Of a DNA stretch of 64,000 bases, positions 50,270-63,310 are shown piece after piece. Below the pieces are notes generated by a model that was not told the origin of the DNA, did no database searches, and saw nothing but the letters and a program-made list of their open reading frames with translations. The translations under genes were made by a program, and so were the position numbers. Origin of the DNA: Raillietiella orientalis (lineage: Eukaryota); NCBI GenBank assembly GCA_036172245.1, contig JAYWIR010000009.1, forward strand, positions 2,542,001 through 2,606,000, read 5' to 3'. Position 1 is the first letter of the stretch. The number at the start of each line of letters is the position of its first letter.

Positions 50270-51250
50270 TTTTTCAGGGAATAAACATGCAAGGCATGTA
50301 CTTACAGCTGGAAGGAGTAACAGAAGAGGGAACGAACGGGAGTAGTTTCCATGCATGTTAGGATTGAGGTTCTGAAGGGTGAAAGGAGGAATGAACTATG
50401 GAAAATGGGAAGGCCCGTCCGAATAGGTCCCAGGTGGGACCATCTGATCGCTATCCGCAGAAGGTGAACATGAAAGTGGACGGCGTCCCCTATCGCTGCT
50501 TTCTCCCTTGGCTTTGCTTACGGCCGCCACAATCCCGTGGAGGCAGCAAAGTGCTGCTAGGGCTGCGGCTGGCTTCAGGCGTCTTGCACAAAGAAAAGTC
50601 GCACAACGTCGCTGTGGTTGCCGCCGAAAGCTCCTAGTGTCGTGGCAAAGCGTTATCAAAGGGGCTGGAGAGCAGCCCAATCCACAAGCAGGTGGGGGAG
50701 GGATCTACGTTTTTTGCACCTGGCATAGTTAAAGTGCACCCGTTCCCGTGTCCAGTGATGCCTGAGGAAGTTGCACGGGAGACTCCAGTACAGCATCATC
50801 AACGCCGTCTCCTGCCACTTTCATGGGAAGGTGTAACTGTCGAAAAGCACCGGGGGCCATTGCAGATCTTCTACCGGAAGTTCCCAGTAGCTCGCCCCCT
50901 GGCAAAAGTTCACAGGGTTGAGCACGCGGCATCGCAGCGTGCGTAAGCTGACCAGTCGTCCACTCTTCAAGCCCTTTTCTCCTTCCGGAGAAATCGGCAC
51001 TATTCTCCCACTTAGCCGCAAGGCTGCTACCCATGTGTTCTTTTATGGTGGCAGCCCTTCGGTGAAGGAGGTTGTTACTCCATCCCACTCACTCTTCCAA
51101 GGATCTTGGAGGATCTCGCAGAGCGGGCAGAGGTTGTAGGGCCGGTACAGGAAACGCTGTACCTGTTCCAGGCAACTTCCTCTAGCTGTAGACGAGTGGA
51201 GGAAGTTGAGTCTCTTCCGCTCGCGGTAGGAGCGCACCAAGTACCACCCA
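50270..51250 (-). mobile_element. L1/Tx1-like LINE 3' fragment G
   Basis: ELPVEDLQWPPVLF...KWQETALMMLYWSLPC...HHW...PAAALAALCCLHGIVAA is collinear with fragment E. Confidence 0.8.
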
Positions 51251-51999
51251 AATTAAATTTTTCGATCAACGGGATTCCGACGAAAGGATGTTCCGGGAAT
51301 GCACTCAGAATCGAAGTTTTCCACGCATAAGAATCCATTTTTGGGTGCATTCAGATGAAGTGTCGAAATTCGAAAATGCTAATGATGTTTCAAAGCTCAG
51401 TAAGAAAAAAAAAAAGTGGCACTGAAAAGGATTCGAAAACAATCGATAGGACGATGATATAACGGCATCATTTTTATTACACCATCAGCGTTATTCGTTT
51501 GTGTCTTTTCACACCGCTCCATCTGCTTCGTAGGTGCTGCTGCTCTTCGCAGTTCCCTCATTTTTCTTCCCTTGAATGTTCCATCCATCCCTGTTTCCTC
51601 AAACGTTCAGCTGGATCGTTCCTATTTGCGATCGTGGATGTACACTTCGAAAACGCCAGTCACAATAAAATGTACACTCAATAAAGTAATAAGGAAACAC
51701 ATCATTGGTATCCCTGGCAAAGGATGCTGAAATGTCCCATCGCCGAAGAAGCGAATTTCCTATGAAGCATTCGGAAGAGTCGGATCCTCTTCACGCTGCG
51801 CTGTTTCTGCTGCCTTACCCATTGCTTGATCGACAGCCTCATTGGGAACCTACTTCCCGATTTCAGAATCAGTTTGCCTGTTCCCTGAGATATCAAGCCA
51901 TCGAGAAGTCACTCGAGGTTTGCATTCCTCCTAAAAAACCCCGCCGGGGCCAGGAGTCCGGGGCTGGAAGGCAGTGCCCTCAAGCCGGGAGGAAGGCAC

Positions 52000-53400
52000 A
52001 CAGCTGAAGTGAAGCAAATAATGACCGTGAGTGCACCACAATCCATCACAGGCACAGCAGATAACTCTTTTTTGGTTTGGCACCGGCCGAGAACGCGGAA
52101 CTGCATTCACAAGATAATGCAGACTTCCTGTGCTCGCACAGAAGAAAGCAGCCAAGCAAGGAACTTGGAGCAGATAGGGCGCGGGGATTCGAAGTCTGTC
52201 CCTAATTCTTGCCAGAAAACAAAACAAAAGAACAAAAAAAAAAAAAAGAAACGCCTCCAACTTTTATGCCTCTGCTTCGCCGCCTGCGTGACCGGGAGAC
52301 AGCTTCAGATGGCAGAAATGGGGACAGCCTTGCCATTTGAGGCACCACTTTTCTCTTCCTCTCTGCGGATGGAACGGTGCTGGTCAAACTGCAGGGAGCG
52401 GTCAAGCCCACACATCTGCTCCCCAGAGTGTTTCAAGAACAGACGGCTTCCGATTCGCGGCAGACTGGAAATGCAACCAAACTGCTGGAGAAGAACTTTC
52501 CAACACTTTCCGACACCAATGCATCAGAGAGAGAATTTTTCCCGGAGAGAGAACACGGGAAGAGTTCCTAACAGATCGAAAAAAAACAATGAAATTGAAA
52601 TTCGGTCCTGATTTACACCTGGAAGCTGACTTTCTTTGGAGTTCAGTCGGCGACCGTGGAACGCGACGTCGTCAGCCACGCTTTCACTGATCTCCACCCT
52701 CCGCGGAACACTCTTGCAGCAGCTCAAAGCGGATCTGATGCAGGAAGCTGGTCCGTTCCTCATGCCGATCTCCTGACTCCTTACCAAACAGAGTCTCGAT
52801 TGGGTCTTCACCACGACGGAAGGCCCACGTTCTGGGTCGGTGGTTGGGCCGTTCCGTGGGTGCTGCTGCCGTCTGAAGCATCCCGGAAGCGCCTCCTCCT
52901 CTCAGGGAGAAAGTGCTCTTTCACGAAAGACTCTGGCATCGGAGCATCCCCGTCCCTGGAAGTGTTGCGCGGAGTGAGAAAGTTCGTGATCGTGGTGAGT
53001 GCTGAATCGTGAAATGGATGCACGTCCGGGGGAAACCGAGCTGTGTTTCCAAGCCAGACAAATTGCCAGGTTGTCTCGAATCGATGCCATCCACTTTTTT
53101 TTCCATTCCATCTTCTCACCGAGCGCCTTGTCTCTGCTGCTGCGTGCGTGACGGGAAAGGTGAGATGCCATGTGAGCTGGATGGTGAGCTGTTCACCGTA
53201 CTCCTTGGAATCGGGTTCTCGTGTAATGGATATCTGGTACTTCCGAATTGCATCGCGAATCCGGATATTGAATGTGCACGCACTGGATGCACGTTTCTTC
53301 TCATCTCAGTCAGCCTGGTCAGCGATCAGACTCCCCGATGCGCTCATCGTTCTTCTCAAGTTCCTGTTCTCAAATTCTCAGATTCAGTCTCAATTCTGGT
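52000..53400 (-). mobile_element. Decayed non-LTR reverse transcriptase, possibly with a C-terminal knuckle
   Basis: In order: FQGVR*TAHH, FVWLGNTARFPPDVH (like WLD..AF..VPH), EIGMRNGP (like GVRQG), ISESVADDVAF (YADD), and downstream CCAC...THGHYLLHFSC. Confidence 0.45.
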
Positions 53401-54899
53401 TGCTTAATCATCCATGTCAAGGCTAATCAAGTGGTCTAGACGACTCTGAGGTTGAAATAATTTTCAGCTAATGTCCCAAGACCGTATTTTCGAATATCGG
53501 TAGAATTTTTGTTCTTTGGTGAATGCAAAATATCTTTGCATCTTGGAAAGACGCGATGCCGTCCTTAAAATACTCTTCATTTTCGTGCAGTGTTTTATTT
53601 ATTTATTTTCTCATCCATGAACTTATGGTCCCCCAAAATATCCCAGTTTCCGTTATCCAATCCTTCTCTTGATCCTCAAAGCATTCTCTGTGTTAGAGGA
53701 ACTGCAAGGAAATGACAAAATTGCATTCTGTGCGGATGAGAATTTGAGACTCCACTTAAAACCAAACCCACCGAGCCAGAAGCCTTTTCTCACGTGATGA
53801 GTTTCAGTCCCCCTAAGGGGATTCCCACCAGTTCTTAGGCAGCAGCACGAGAAGCGAGAAGTCTCCGAAGCAGCTTGCGAATTCGGGATTCCACGTCAGT
53901 GAAGATTGACGTTGGGTCCAAGACCGCAACCTCCGGTGTTCCCAGCCTGACTTTCAGCAAATGCTGAGATCAACACCTGTCGGCGTGACGAGATGGCAGC
54001 GCCATTCCTGCATCTTCAGAAATTCAAAGCTGTGGGTCCACATTTGCAGGAAGGGAGTGACCTCCCCCGGACATCTGAATGCAGTTACTCCGGGACCAGC
54101 TTCCTAAACAGAAGCTTAATCTGTTTCCTTGAAGGAGCCTCCACATTTCTCCCGGACCACTGATCCAGTAACCTGCTTGCCTATCCAAGAAATGTTACTT
54201 TCGCGGGATGAAGTGTTGGCAGTGTTCTCCACGATGCGTACGTTTCGTCATCGTATCCAGGAATTGCGATGTGTTCCAGTTTCCCATCGAACTGAGTGCT
54301 TCCATAGCAGCACTGATTTATTGCCGCCCGCATTCACTTATTCGCACGCATCAGCAAAAGAAAGGGTACGTAAGTCAAAGGAGCATCGGCATTCACAATC
54401 AGCTTCCCCAAGAGACTGCATATGAAGAATTCTTACTTATTTCTCCCCGGTACCCTGAAGTATTCACTTGCCTCCACTCCAGAAATTGTACTGTACAGCC
54501 ACGTCTCTGTTTTTTTTGTTTTTTTGTTCTTCTTAACAGCCCTTCGAAACTTTCTGAAAAGAGACCAAATTGAAGGAACGCAGGAAAACCAATCTCGGAG
54601 ACTGATACGGAGATAGCGAAAAGAATGGATAGAGATAAAAGCAGACCAACAACAACAACCGGGGAAAGATAACGTTGCGAAACTTTCTGGGTGCTTCAAT
54701 GGCTACGGGAGGCGTAACTCTGACTCTTCTCAACCTCCGGGCATGTGGGAGGAAATGGAAACTGAGAAGAAGATGTTTGGAAATGATGCTGAATAAACCT
54801 AAATGTGGAGATGACCGGTTGGTCACCTGCTTGTCTACTACTCTTTTGCGACTGTTGGTCTCGTGCGTCCCTGACTGAACGATGGACTTCTGACTTGTT

Positions 54900-55560
54900 T
54901 CGCGTGCCCATGGACAGCCTCCCAGTGTAGCTTTTAGGATACTGAATCTTCAACAGGCAACGGATTTTACAGACTAGGTCCTCATGCTCCTTCTTGAACA
55001 GTTCCCAGTCCGCAGCTTCTGTTTTGCTGAACTCTTCAATAAACTTCCCCTCTTGGGTAAACTTTTCCAAGAAGTCTGGTCGCCTTAACCCTTCTCTCCT
55101 TGTTGTTTTCCTTTTACTCTTTTCGTTTTCCTTTCCTTCTTCAGCAAGTGTCAATGTTTGTTCAGGATGCTCCTCTCGCTTATGTATGGCAGCTTGCTCT
55201 TCCTCAGGTGCTTCCGATCAAATGGTGTCTTCATCTTCGAAGAACTTGTTGTCGAAGATGGACCCAACTTCTTCCAGATCATTCCTCTGTTCAGAAGAAG
55301 GGATCATCTGCTCCAGTGAAGGCATCCCGCAAATTTCGTGAGAGCCTATGGAAAGCATTTTTTTTGACTGATGAGCTGTCGTCAATTCTGTGAGTGCCGT
55401 TTGCCCTTTCCTCCGCGTGGTTCGGGAAATCAAACAACAAGCTCTTTCGCATTCAAGAGACATGCATGTCTTTAGGCACCACAGCTCTCCTTGCAGCAGA
55501 GGATACCACCTCATCATTCAAAATACATTTTTCAGGCTTGCAGAGGGGTGAGGCAAGTTA
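54900..55560 (-). pseudogene. Disrupted acidic/charged ORF of unknown origin
   Basis: ORFs 55218-55517 and 54696-55154 are in the same frame and separated by a single TGA. The text is protein-like (FDNKFFEDEDTI*SEAPEEE...FIEEFSKTEAADWELFKKEHEDLV). Confidence 0.35.
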
Positions 55561-58500
55561 TTTCTGCCATTCATACTGCTTTTGGACCATAAAGAAGTAG
55601 GTAAAACGGTTCCTCCGGCAACCGAGTGAGCTGCTGAACAAGAGCGTCTCAGAGCGTTGCAGATCTTCGTAGTAAGCTCTCTCGTATCCCGTTCCCCCCC
55701 CCCCCCCCAAAAAAAGCACATGTTATTTTTGAGGAGCTCAAATGCTTTTGAGGAAATGCGCGAAGGTGAAGGTAGAGCAGGAAGACATATTGCGAAGGAG
55801 AGGAACTGGCTGAAGATCATATCAGTGAACTAACGCTGGACCAATTAGGAAGGGGAGGAGGCATTTTTGAAGATGTACGCGAGAAGAAACGGGAGAATAC
55901 AGAATGGCAACCGTCTCCAGGATGCGATTCTTGCAGCACAGTTCATCCTGTTTTCATTGAATCATAACGTGCTAATCCACTTGGCTGCCATTCACAAAAA
56001 AAAATGCGTGGGCGTTTGAAGCAGCAAAATGATGTTCTGCATCGATCTGTCGGGTTTTCTTGCCCAGTCATACCCGGACCTCCGGTCTTTTCATCTCCAG
56101 AAAGCGACGTTTCCTCTTCGAACCCCCGCGCCCACTCTTTTACGTCTCGGATCATCCTGGGAAGGGCGGAAATTCAAACGAGTTGATACTTTTGATATGT
56201 ATCCTTTTCAAATTTCATTCCCTCTGAAGCATCTCCGTACACGCCACGAGGATGCGGAGGATCCTCATTACGCATCGATTCCTCTGATAGCCACTCTGGT
56301 CACTGGAGAGCTGCTGACCCGTCGTGGCTGCCTGAAACCTTCCTCCTCTGTCCTTGCGCCCTTAGCGTGACGCGTCGTTATTCAAGTGATTCGCAGTTTC
56401 CCCGTTACTAGGGGGAGTGGATGCATGTTTTGCTTCTTTTTTTTTTTTCTGACCTTTCCCCTGATTCCAGTCGTGACCAGCTCCGCATCATTATATTGGC
56501 TGCATGCTCCTCACGAGGAGCAAGTGCTCTCACCACCACTTCCCAGTACCACAGCCGCGGCCATGGTGTGGCTGGCTGTGGGCGTCATCAGGTTTCGTGC
56601 CTGGCTCCTCTCTTGCGTTTCCCTCTTTCTCGACGTCCTCCCTCGTCTCCAGACCTGCCTCTAGACTACGCTCCTCTCCCCTCCCGAGATGTTTTCTTTC
56701 AGTTTGCACTTTGAAAGGGGCGCTGAGCGCGCAAGCGGAATCCAAAAGTGACTCGAGAAAACACCTTCGTGTTTGCATTTAATCTCCGCCTGGGACTTCG
56801 CCTAGAAGCTTCCGTGAAAAATTCCGCCAATCCTCGGTCCGCGCCGAAACTTCGGTGCTTCAGCGTGAGATTCAATCAGAAGTAGTTTTCAGTGTTCACA
56901 GTTTCGGCAACTACGAGCTCCTTTGTATAGCCGAGCAGATCTTCCTTCACTTCTTAAATGAACAGGAGCCCCTGCTCAAATGATGGTCCTTCTTTCAGCT
57001 GCCCCTTTCCAGGAATGCATCGAAAGGTACATTCGCGAAAGGAAACCGATGAGTGCAGGTTTTCGATAAACCGGATTTGATCCACCCCTAGCAATCCACC
57101 CCATCTGAATTCTTCATTAAACCCCGGTATTTTTTTGCTGGAAGGATTCGAATTGAATCCTTGGCAATGGCATCACCGTATCAATTGTCATGGGGAAAGT
57201 TCAGATGTACGCAGCTTCCTTGTCATTTCCTGAGGACCAAAGAGCTCGATCTGTGTTTCCGATGTCGTCCGCCTTACAAGTTGGCGCTACGATAGCTTCA
57301 TTCCTAGGATTGCTTGTATGTTTTCACCAGTCGATCGATGAGCTCCTTGGAGGCGGGAAACACTAGAGGATGGAAAACACTAGAGAACGAGGTGCTGAAA
57401 GAGTTAGACTTGAGCTAGATGCAACGACCGATCGGAAAGAATGACGAATTCTTTCCGAAACAAGAAATCGATGCAAATACAATGCATGGTGGGAGATTGC
57501 ATACCTTTCCAGATCGCAATGTCTTTTAGAGCCTCCCTCATGTCGATTCAGTGTGTTACTTCATTTCTCTTTGGCTCCAGCTTCCTTCCTTGAAGGATTG
57601 AATGTCATTGACATTAAGTATTTCATCTGAGAGAAACCTGCGGACTTGATGCGAGAGAATCCAAGGCTGCCTACTCCATGAACTTTTTAATCCATTGCTT
57701 AGAGAGGGTGGCTCTCTTTCATCCGTGTTGGATTGAGAACACGAATCAGCTGCAGTGGTTGCCTTTTAGAGATCAGTCTTGCTCATCAGTCGAGAACGCC
57801 AGCAAAGACGAGAGTGTATTGCAACTTATAGATCAGCCACGTCGATGCCTGAACAGCTGATTTCATGGAGGCTAATCCTTCGATTCCGAAGGCATCGTCT
57901 TCCGTATGATCAGCACGGCTGCCTCGAGTTGTTCTGCAATGTCATCCAATTTCTTCCTGCAATCTATGGATCCCGTAATCTACAGGGAGTTCTCGAGAAA
58001 AAAAAAAACCAGCTTGCATTGCTCTTGCTAGACACTTTTGCTTCCCGTCATTCGCCTTCTGGTGGTTGTGGAGGGATACCTTTCTTCTACTGGAGCCAGC
58101 GCTGTGGCCCCAGCATGGGCAACTCCCTATTTGAAATCAACTTGCAAGCGAGGTCTCTGACATGACGAAAAGGCCTGCATTTCATCCTTCGTAGCATTAA
58201 CTCAGTGTCCCATTTTGGACGAATTTTTTTCCTCGTGTCTCATTCCACGATACTCGTATTTATCCTTCTATACATAATTAAAATGTTTTAAAAGCCATTC
58301 CGACCTACATAACAGCCGCTCCTTGAACGGGGAGGCACTTGAATTGAATGCATCAAAATTACTTAGGAGAGCATTTTAGATCGAAATCGAAAATGTCGTC
58401 TCTGCTCTATTATTTATGGCTCAGCCAAATCAAAGAATTTAAATTTATGGAGACAGGGTCAATCAATTCTATACTGACGGAGAAAGGATCGTAAAACTAT

Positions 58501-58943
58501 GTATATGTGATTTGCTATGTAAGAAGTGATGTGCCAACGAGGCCACTGTTTAACTCTTTGAGGGCGATTAACTGTCTCTGGCGAAAGAATCCCTTTTTTT
58601 TTTTTTTTCCCCTCCTTCGAAGCTCAACGATCGTTTTTGTAAACTCTCCTTCCGGTTGAATCCTTCAAAAGTTCCCCCTCCCCCCCCGAAAAAAATTAAC
58701 TAAAAGTTCCACTTCGAGACGATCTCCCGTTAAAACACTCTGCTGCGCCACGAATGAATACTGTACAAAGCCTAGATGAAAGGAGACCTATTCGAGCGTA
58801 AGGGTCTCCGCACTTTTCTGTACTGTATGGAACGAGATCAGAGATAAACTAAGAGGTCCTGTTTACTCGGAATTGGGTCGCATCACTGAGGTCGTGGGAA
58901 CGATATCGACGTTCGTGAGGAACATTCCTTGGGGAGACGAAGA

Positions 58944-58981
58944 CCGATTTTACCAAAAACCACTGTTTTTGGTAAAACCGG
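58944..58981. repeat. Inverted repeat with a 13-bp perfect stem and 4-nt loop
   Basis: TTTTACCAAAAAC-CACT-GTTTTTGGTAAAA at 58948-58977, extended by CCG/CGG after one mismatch. Confidence 0.9.
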
Positions 58982-60639
58982 CTGATGGGAATGGTTACTT
59001 CATGGTCACTTGAAGAAGGCATTTGGATGATGTCCTAAACTCGTCGAACAGAAAAAGAACGGGGGCAGTGTTCCGCAGAGGGATGTGGGATAACTGCGAG
59101 TCAGGGAATCTCCTGGAGCTGAACCCTGTTTCGGCTGCAAGGCGGGCGATGCCGGTGGGCAGCTCTTTGCCTAAACTCCAGCTGCACGCTTAGAACAAGT
59201 TTAGCTCGCAAACGCGGAACGAGGAGGATACTGAGCCGATTAGAAGTCCATCCCCACTAGACGCCGACGCCCAACTGATCGTGCTACAGGGAATGGGAGC
59301 GCCGGAGCACAAGGCATCTTTCAATCAAGACGCTGGAAGGTATCTTCCACTTCCTTGACGATGCAGCAACATCCATGGGAAGAACATCGATTGGGGGTTC
59401 TTGCAGACTAGTCCGTATCTCATGCACATATTCGAACGGTCTCGTAGAGGAAGAGCAACTCGGCCTTTGCTTTTCGGGAACCGGAGAAACCTAATGGCAC
59501 GAGGCATCCTTCCTGGAAAATCCAAAGCTTCTGCCCCGGTAGGTAGAAATGAACCTTCAGCCTGCAGAGGATGCCCCTGCGTTTGCAGAGAGGAATTGCG
59601 AGTCACGAGCGATCTTCCGACTGACTGGGTTTCCAAAAAGGATATGAGTCATCTCTTAAGATGCCACATCTTTTCATTGCAGCTCACATGACTTTTTGAG
59701 AATCACTGTAAGTGAAGGAACAATGTACTTTGACATCAGGACAACTCCAGGTGACTCCAGGCAGAGCGGTTGGGTTTGCCGGTTTTCCTGAAATCCTCTC
59801 TCCAGGTGACTGCTTTGGCCACGCTCAGACAATCATTGTGAGATTGGTCCTCTACCTCTCCAGCGAGACTTCCAAAGTGCTTTGACACGATGCCCAAAAG
59901 AGAAGAAAATTCAAGAAATAAAATCAGCTGCCGGTCTCTGTCCGTCAGAGCCTCTTCACTTGCAGTTCGTCTCATTGACCTCGCGCACACCGTGGTTCCG
60001 AGACTTTTCCTCAACTTCTTGTCGCCTTGCCTTTTCGACATGTTGCATTTCGGTGCATCCAAGTCTTGGAAGTTGTTAAAACGAAAGTTTTCCTCCTTCC
60101 ATTACATTCTTTACACTTACCGCATTGCTCTTCTCGTTCCCAAACCTTCAGCCTGTTTGGACTTCTTACATTTCCCGTTTCGAAGGGACCTTGCAAGAAT
60201 CCATGCACAGCCGAAAGTCCACTTTTGCAGTGTCTCGCTCTGTGGACGCCTGCCCCACGTGCTGATGTTGAAGTGCCATTTCATCTCATCTCCATGCAGC
60301 TTTCAAAAGCTGAAAGACACGTGCCAAATGCGTTCTTTATCTGCCTCCCTCGTTCCCCTGAAAAGATCGAAATGCCTCCTTCAAAATACTCCTGGTTTGA
60401 CAATTAGTTGAAGAGGCTGTTTGCTTTGAAAACTTAAGACGTTTTGCCTTAATGATCACGATAGGATGAGATGAACAGATGAGATCTAATGAGCTTTGGG
60501 GATCGAAGAGAGCAGATAACGTCGTCTTCTGCTTCCCAGTAGTAGTTCCCCCCCCCCAAAAAAAAAAATTCCCCCTGGTCCTTCCAGAGGTGAACACTGC
60601 CTGGACTGTTTTCTCGCAAAGAAGGAGAACGATGCTGCT

Positions 60640-61290
60640 GGCTGTCTCAGGCATTTTGATCTTGCACGACGGATCAAGTGATTGATCACTGTGACCGTTT
60701 ATTCGCCTCGAATTTTGGTCCAAAAAGGGACAGAAGAACAGGAAGGTGTGCGTAGGCCTGTGCGGATGGATTGCTCCTCTAATCTTGCCATGGAAGAATA
60801 TAGACTTGCAGCTGTTACTGTGAAAGCGCTTCAATCTTCTGAATAGAAAACTCTTTCCGACTCGCTCTCTCGGAAATGCTTTCAGGGGCCTTCCCTGCTG
60901 CCTCCCTTTTGCTTTGCAGCCGAAAACAAGGAGGAGGATTTGTATTGTGTTTGACGTGGGTGACGCTGTCCCGGGGCCAGCCACGCAAACAGATAAGATT
61001 CCTCAAGATTCCTCCCCTGATAAGGATGCATGCGGAGCAATACTATCAACATCTCAGAAACAAATACAATGCGGTCTTCTCCTTGTCGTACCGCCGGCAG
61101 CTTTGACTTTCACTTTCAGCTCGGTGCACACTCGTGGAAAACCGTTCCATCAGCCCGCCGACGGGGTGGAATGCTCCGAACCGCTGTGCTTCCCCAAAGC
61201 TCTCTGGAGCATCCAGAAACCGTCCGGGAAATACGCAACCACAGAATTAATGATTTCTGAGGAAATCGCTGTAGCAGCCGCGCCCTGAGA
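60640..61290 (+). mobile_element. Mutator/MULE transposase remnant
   Basis: In order: LHDGS, GWIAPLIL, SFRLALSEMLSGAFPAASLLLC (like DFE.AL..A...FP.A...C), LRNKY..FSL..RQL, and PLCFPKALWSI...ISE (like P.FP..LWS..RTNN.SE). Contains stops and frameshifts. Confidence 0.5.
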
Positions 61291-62518
61291 ATGGCGGTGA
61301 GAACAGTGCCACTGAAGGTGTGGCAATTTCAGAGCACTACACTCCAACGATCAGCATTTTTTCTCATCTAATTGTTTGTGTCTCACAATTCGGCCTGATA
61401 GTTAGTGGTCACTCTCCACTGTGGATTAACACTTCGTGGGCAGGATGAATGAAATGGACAGATGGTCAGTTGAGGCGCGATTAGCACGCCACGACTTACC
61501 ATGCAGGCAATTATTACGTTCCGCATTCTCTTGTTGATGCTGCTGCTCTCCATTTCTAATCAGATAAGCTGATCATTTGCTCTATCCATCTATTTTGGAT
61601 ACGAATCAGGGACTCTTCCGTACATGGGAAGTAACAGTCGATTCTTTCGTTGGAGTGCTTTATGACGGTGTCCATCATTTGAAGAAAATGGCATGGTAAT
61701 CGGTGCAGGCCACTCTAATCTTTCAGTATTCATAGATAAGGAAACCCATAATCTCCATTTTTTTTTTTTTGGATTTTCATCTCATTGTGCAGAACTTCAG
61801 TGGAACAGCCGATGCACCGTTTGTTGTCTTTCCATTTCTTCAAAGCACTGAAAAGATCCCTTTCAGTTTCCATAGGAGCGTTGCGTTTTCTCTGCTTGCT
61901 GATACGGAATGATGCATCTGGATGTGAAGTGATTTTTGATTACAGGGAGGAATCAGTAGTTCGGCCAAAGATGCTGGCATGTGAGCAAAATCAAACTCCA
62001 TCATTTCGTAAAAGAAGAAGGCACGTTTTAACGACCTGGCTGCATACACTTTGCAAAGCAAAGGTCAAGTTTTTTCTTGGCAAACTTTATTAGATTTCGA
62101 GCAACTGTGCCAAGAACTAAAGTCTCTCATCCTGGACCCAAATGCACTTCCTGAATGGAAGGAGCAGTGAATTAGTGTCGCCGCAGTGATGGATAAAAGT
62201 GTTGCACAATTGGGAAGAAGACGGCCCGGCATCTTCAAAAAATCTGCTGAAAAACTACCTTGGAAGATCAGCGCCTCGTTCGTTGCTACCAAGGCGGAAA
62301 CCATGGTCCCACTTTTCAGTGGTGCAGCAGTTCGGCAGAAACCAAGCTATGTGCATCTTAGATTAGCTAGGAAGATCACAAATAAGTCTCTGCGTCAGGA
62401 GACAAATCCGGACGCCGACGGTTTCCTGTTGAGTCCATGCATATTCCTCGAAGGTCTGCTAAAAGATCATTCCGAGGTCATTCTGAGGCATTTATTGTAA
62501 AAAAATATTTAACCCCCC

Positions 62519-63310
62519 AAAAAACAGTCATATAAAATATAAAAATGTCGTTGTTCTTCTTGGTGGTTCCACAGGACCACTAAGAAGGGAGAAGCCTCCA
62601 CGGAGGCTCTGCTTCTCATCGGCAGCTCCCCCGACGAGATCCGCACAGGAGAAGCGGGGGAAGGGGTAAACAAAAAGGAAACAAAAACAGCACAGGAGTT
62701 CAGTTTCAGACATGTCGCAAAGGGAAGGGAAGGGATCGCAGATTTCTTCCTGGAGGTCCCCTCAGCATCCTCTGGAGGATGTTGGCAACTTCCTCCTCCT
62801 TTCGCTGGCAGAGACGTGGCCATCCCGTTACCTCCCTCATGAAGGAGCAGACGATTGCGATGACGTCACCGTACGATCGGCCTCTTTTGGAGCGGCTTCT
62901 CGCCTTCGCGGTCCCACGATGGTGGCACAGGGCTGCAAGGGAAGCTGCGGGCGACATCGCGTCGCGCGCCAAGAGGCGCCGCAAGACCTCTCTGTCGTTG
63001 TCCACCGGGAATGGGAGGGCCGCAGCGAAGCATTCCCGAACACTCAGGAGGGCAACGCAGTCCAGGAACAGGTGGGGGGAGGTTTTCCGTTTCCCGCACC
63101 GGACAAAGTCCGCGATCGCATTTCCCCTCGTCCATTGGTGGACTGGTGCGCTGCATGGGATCGCCCAGCTGCAGTACCGTGTCCCGCCACTTCGAGAGAG
63201 GCGCGGAGCTGTCCACAGGCACTGGGAGAATTCCTGCGTCTTCAGAAGGAATGCCCAGGAGCTCTGCCTTGGGCAAATTTTCGAAAATGTCTGCGGACGG
63301 ATTTTTGCCA
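62519..63310 (-). mobile_element. L1/Tx1-like LINE 3' fragment C
   Basis: 62519-63124 matches 16534-17139 (offset 45985). It continues upstream as a diverged LINE homologue (AELLGIPSED...KWRDTVLQL). Confidence 0.85.

Noticed and set aside
53770..54130. Plus-strand RT-like words (EAFSHV, KTATSGVP)
   Set aside because: Too few and too short, with no YADD equivalent.
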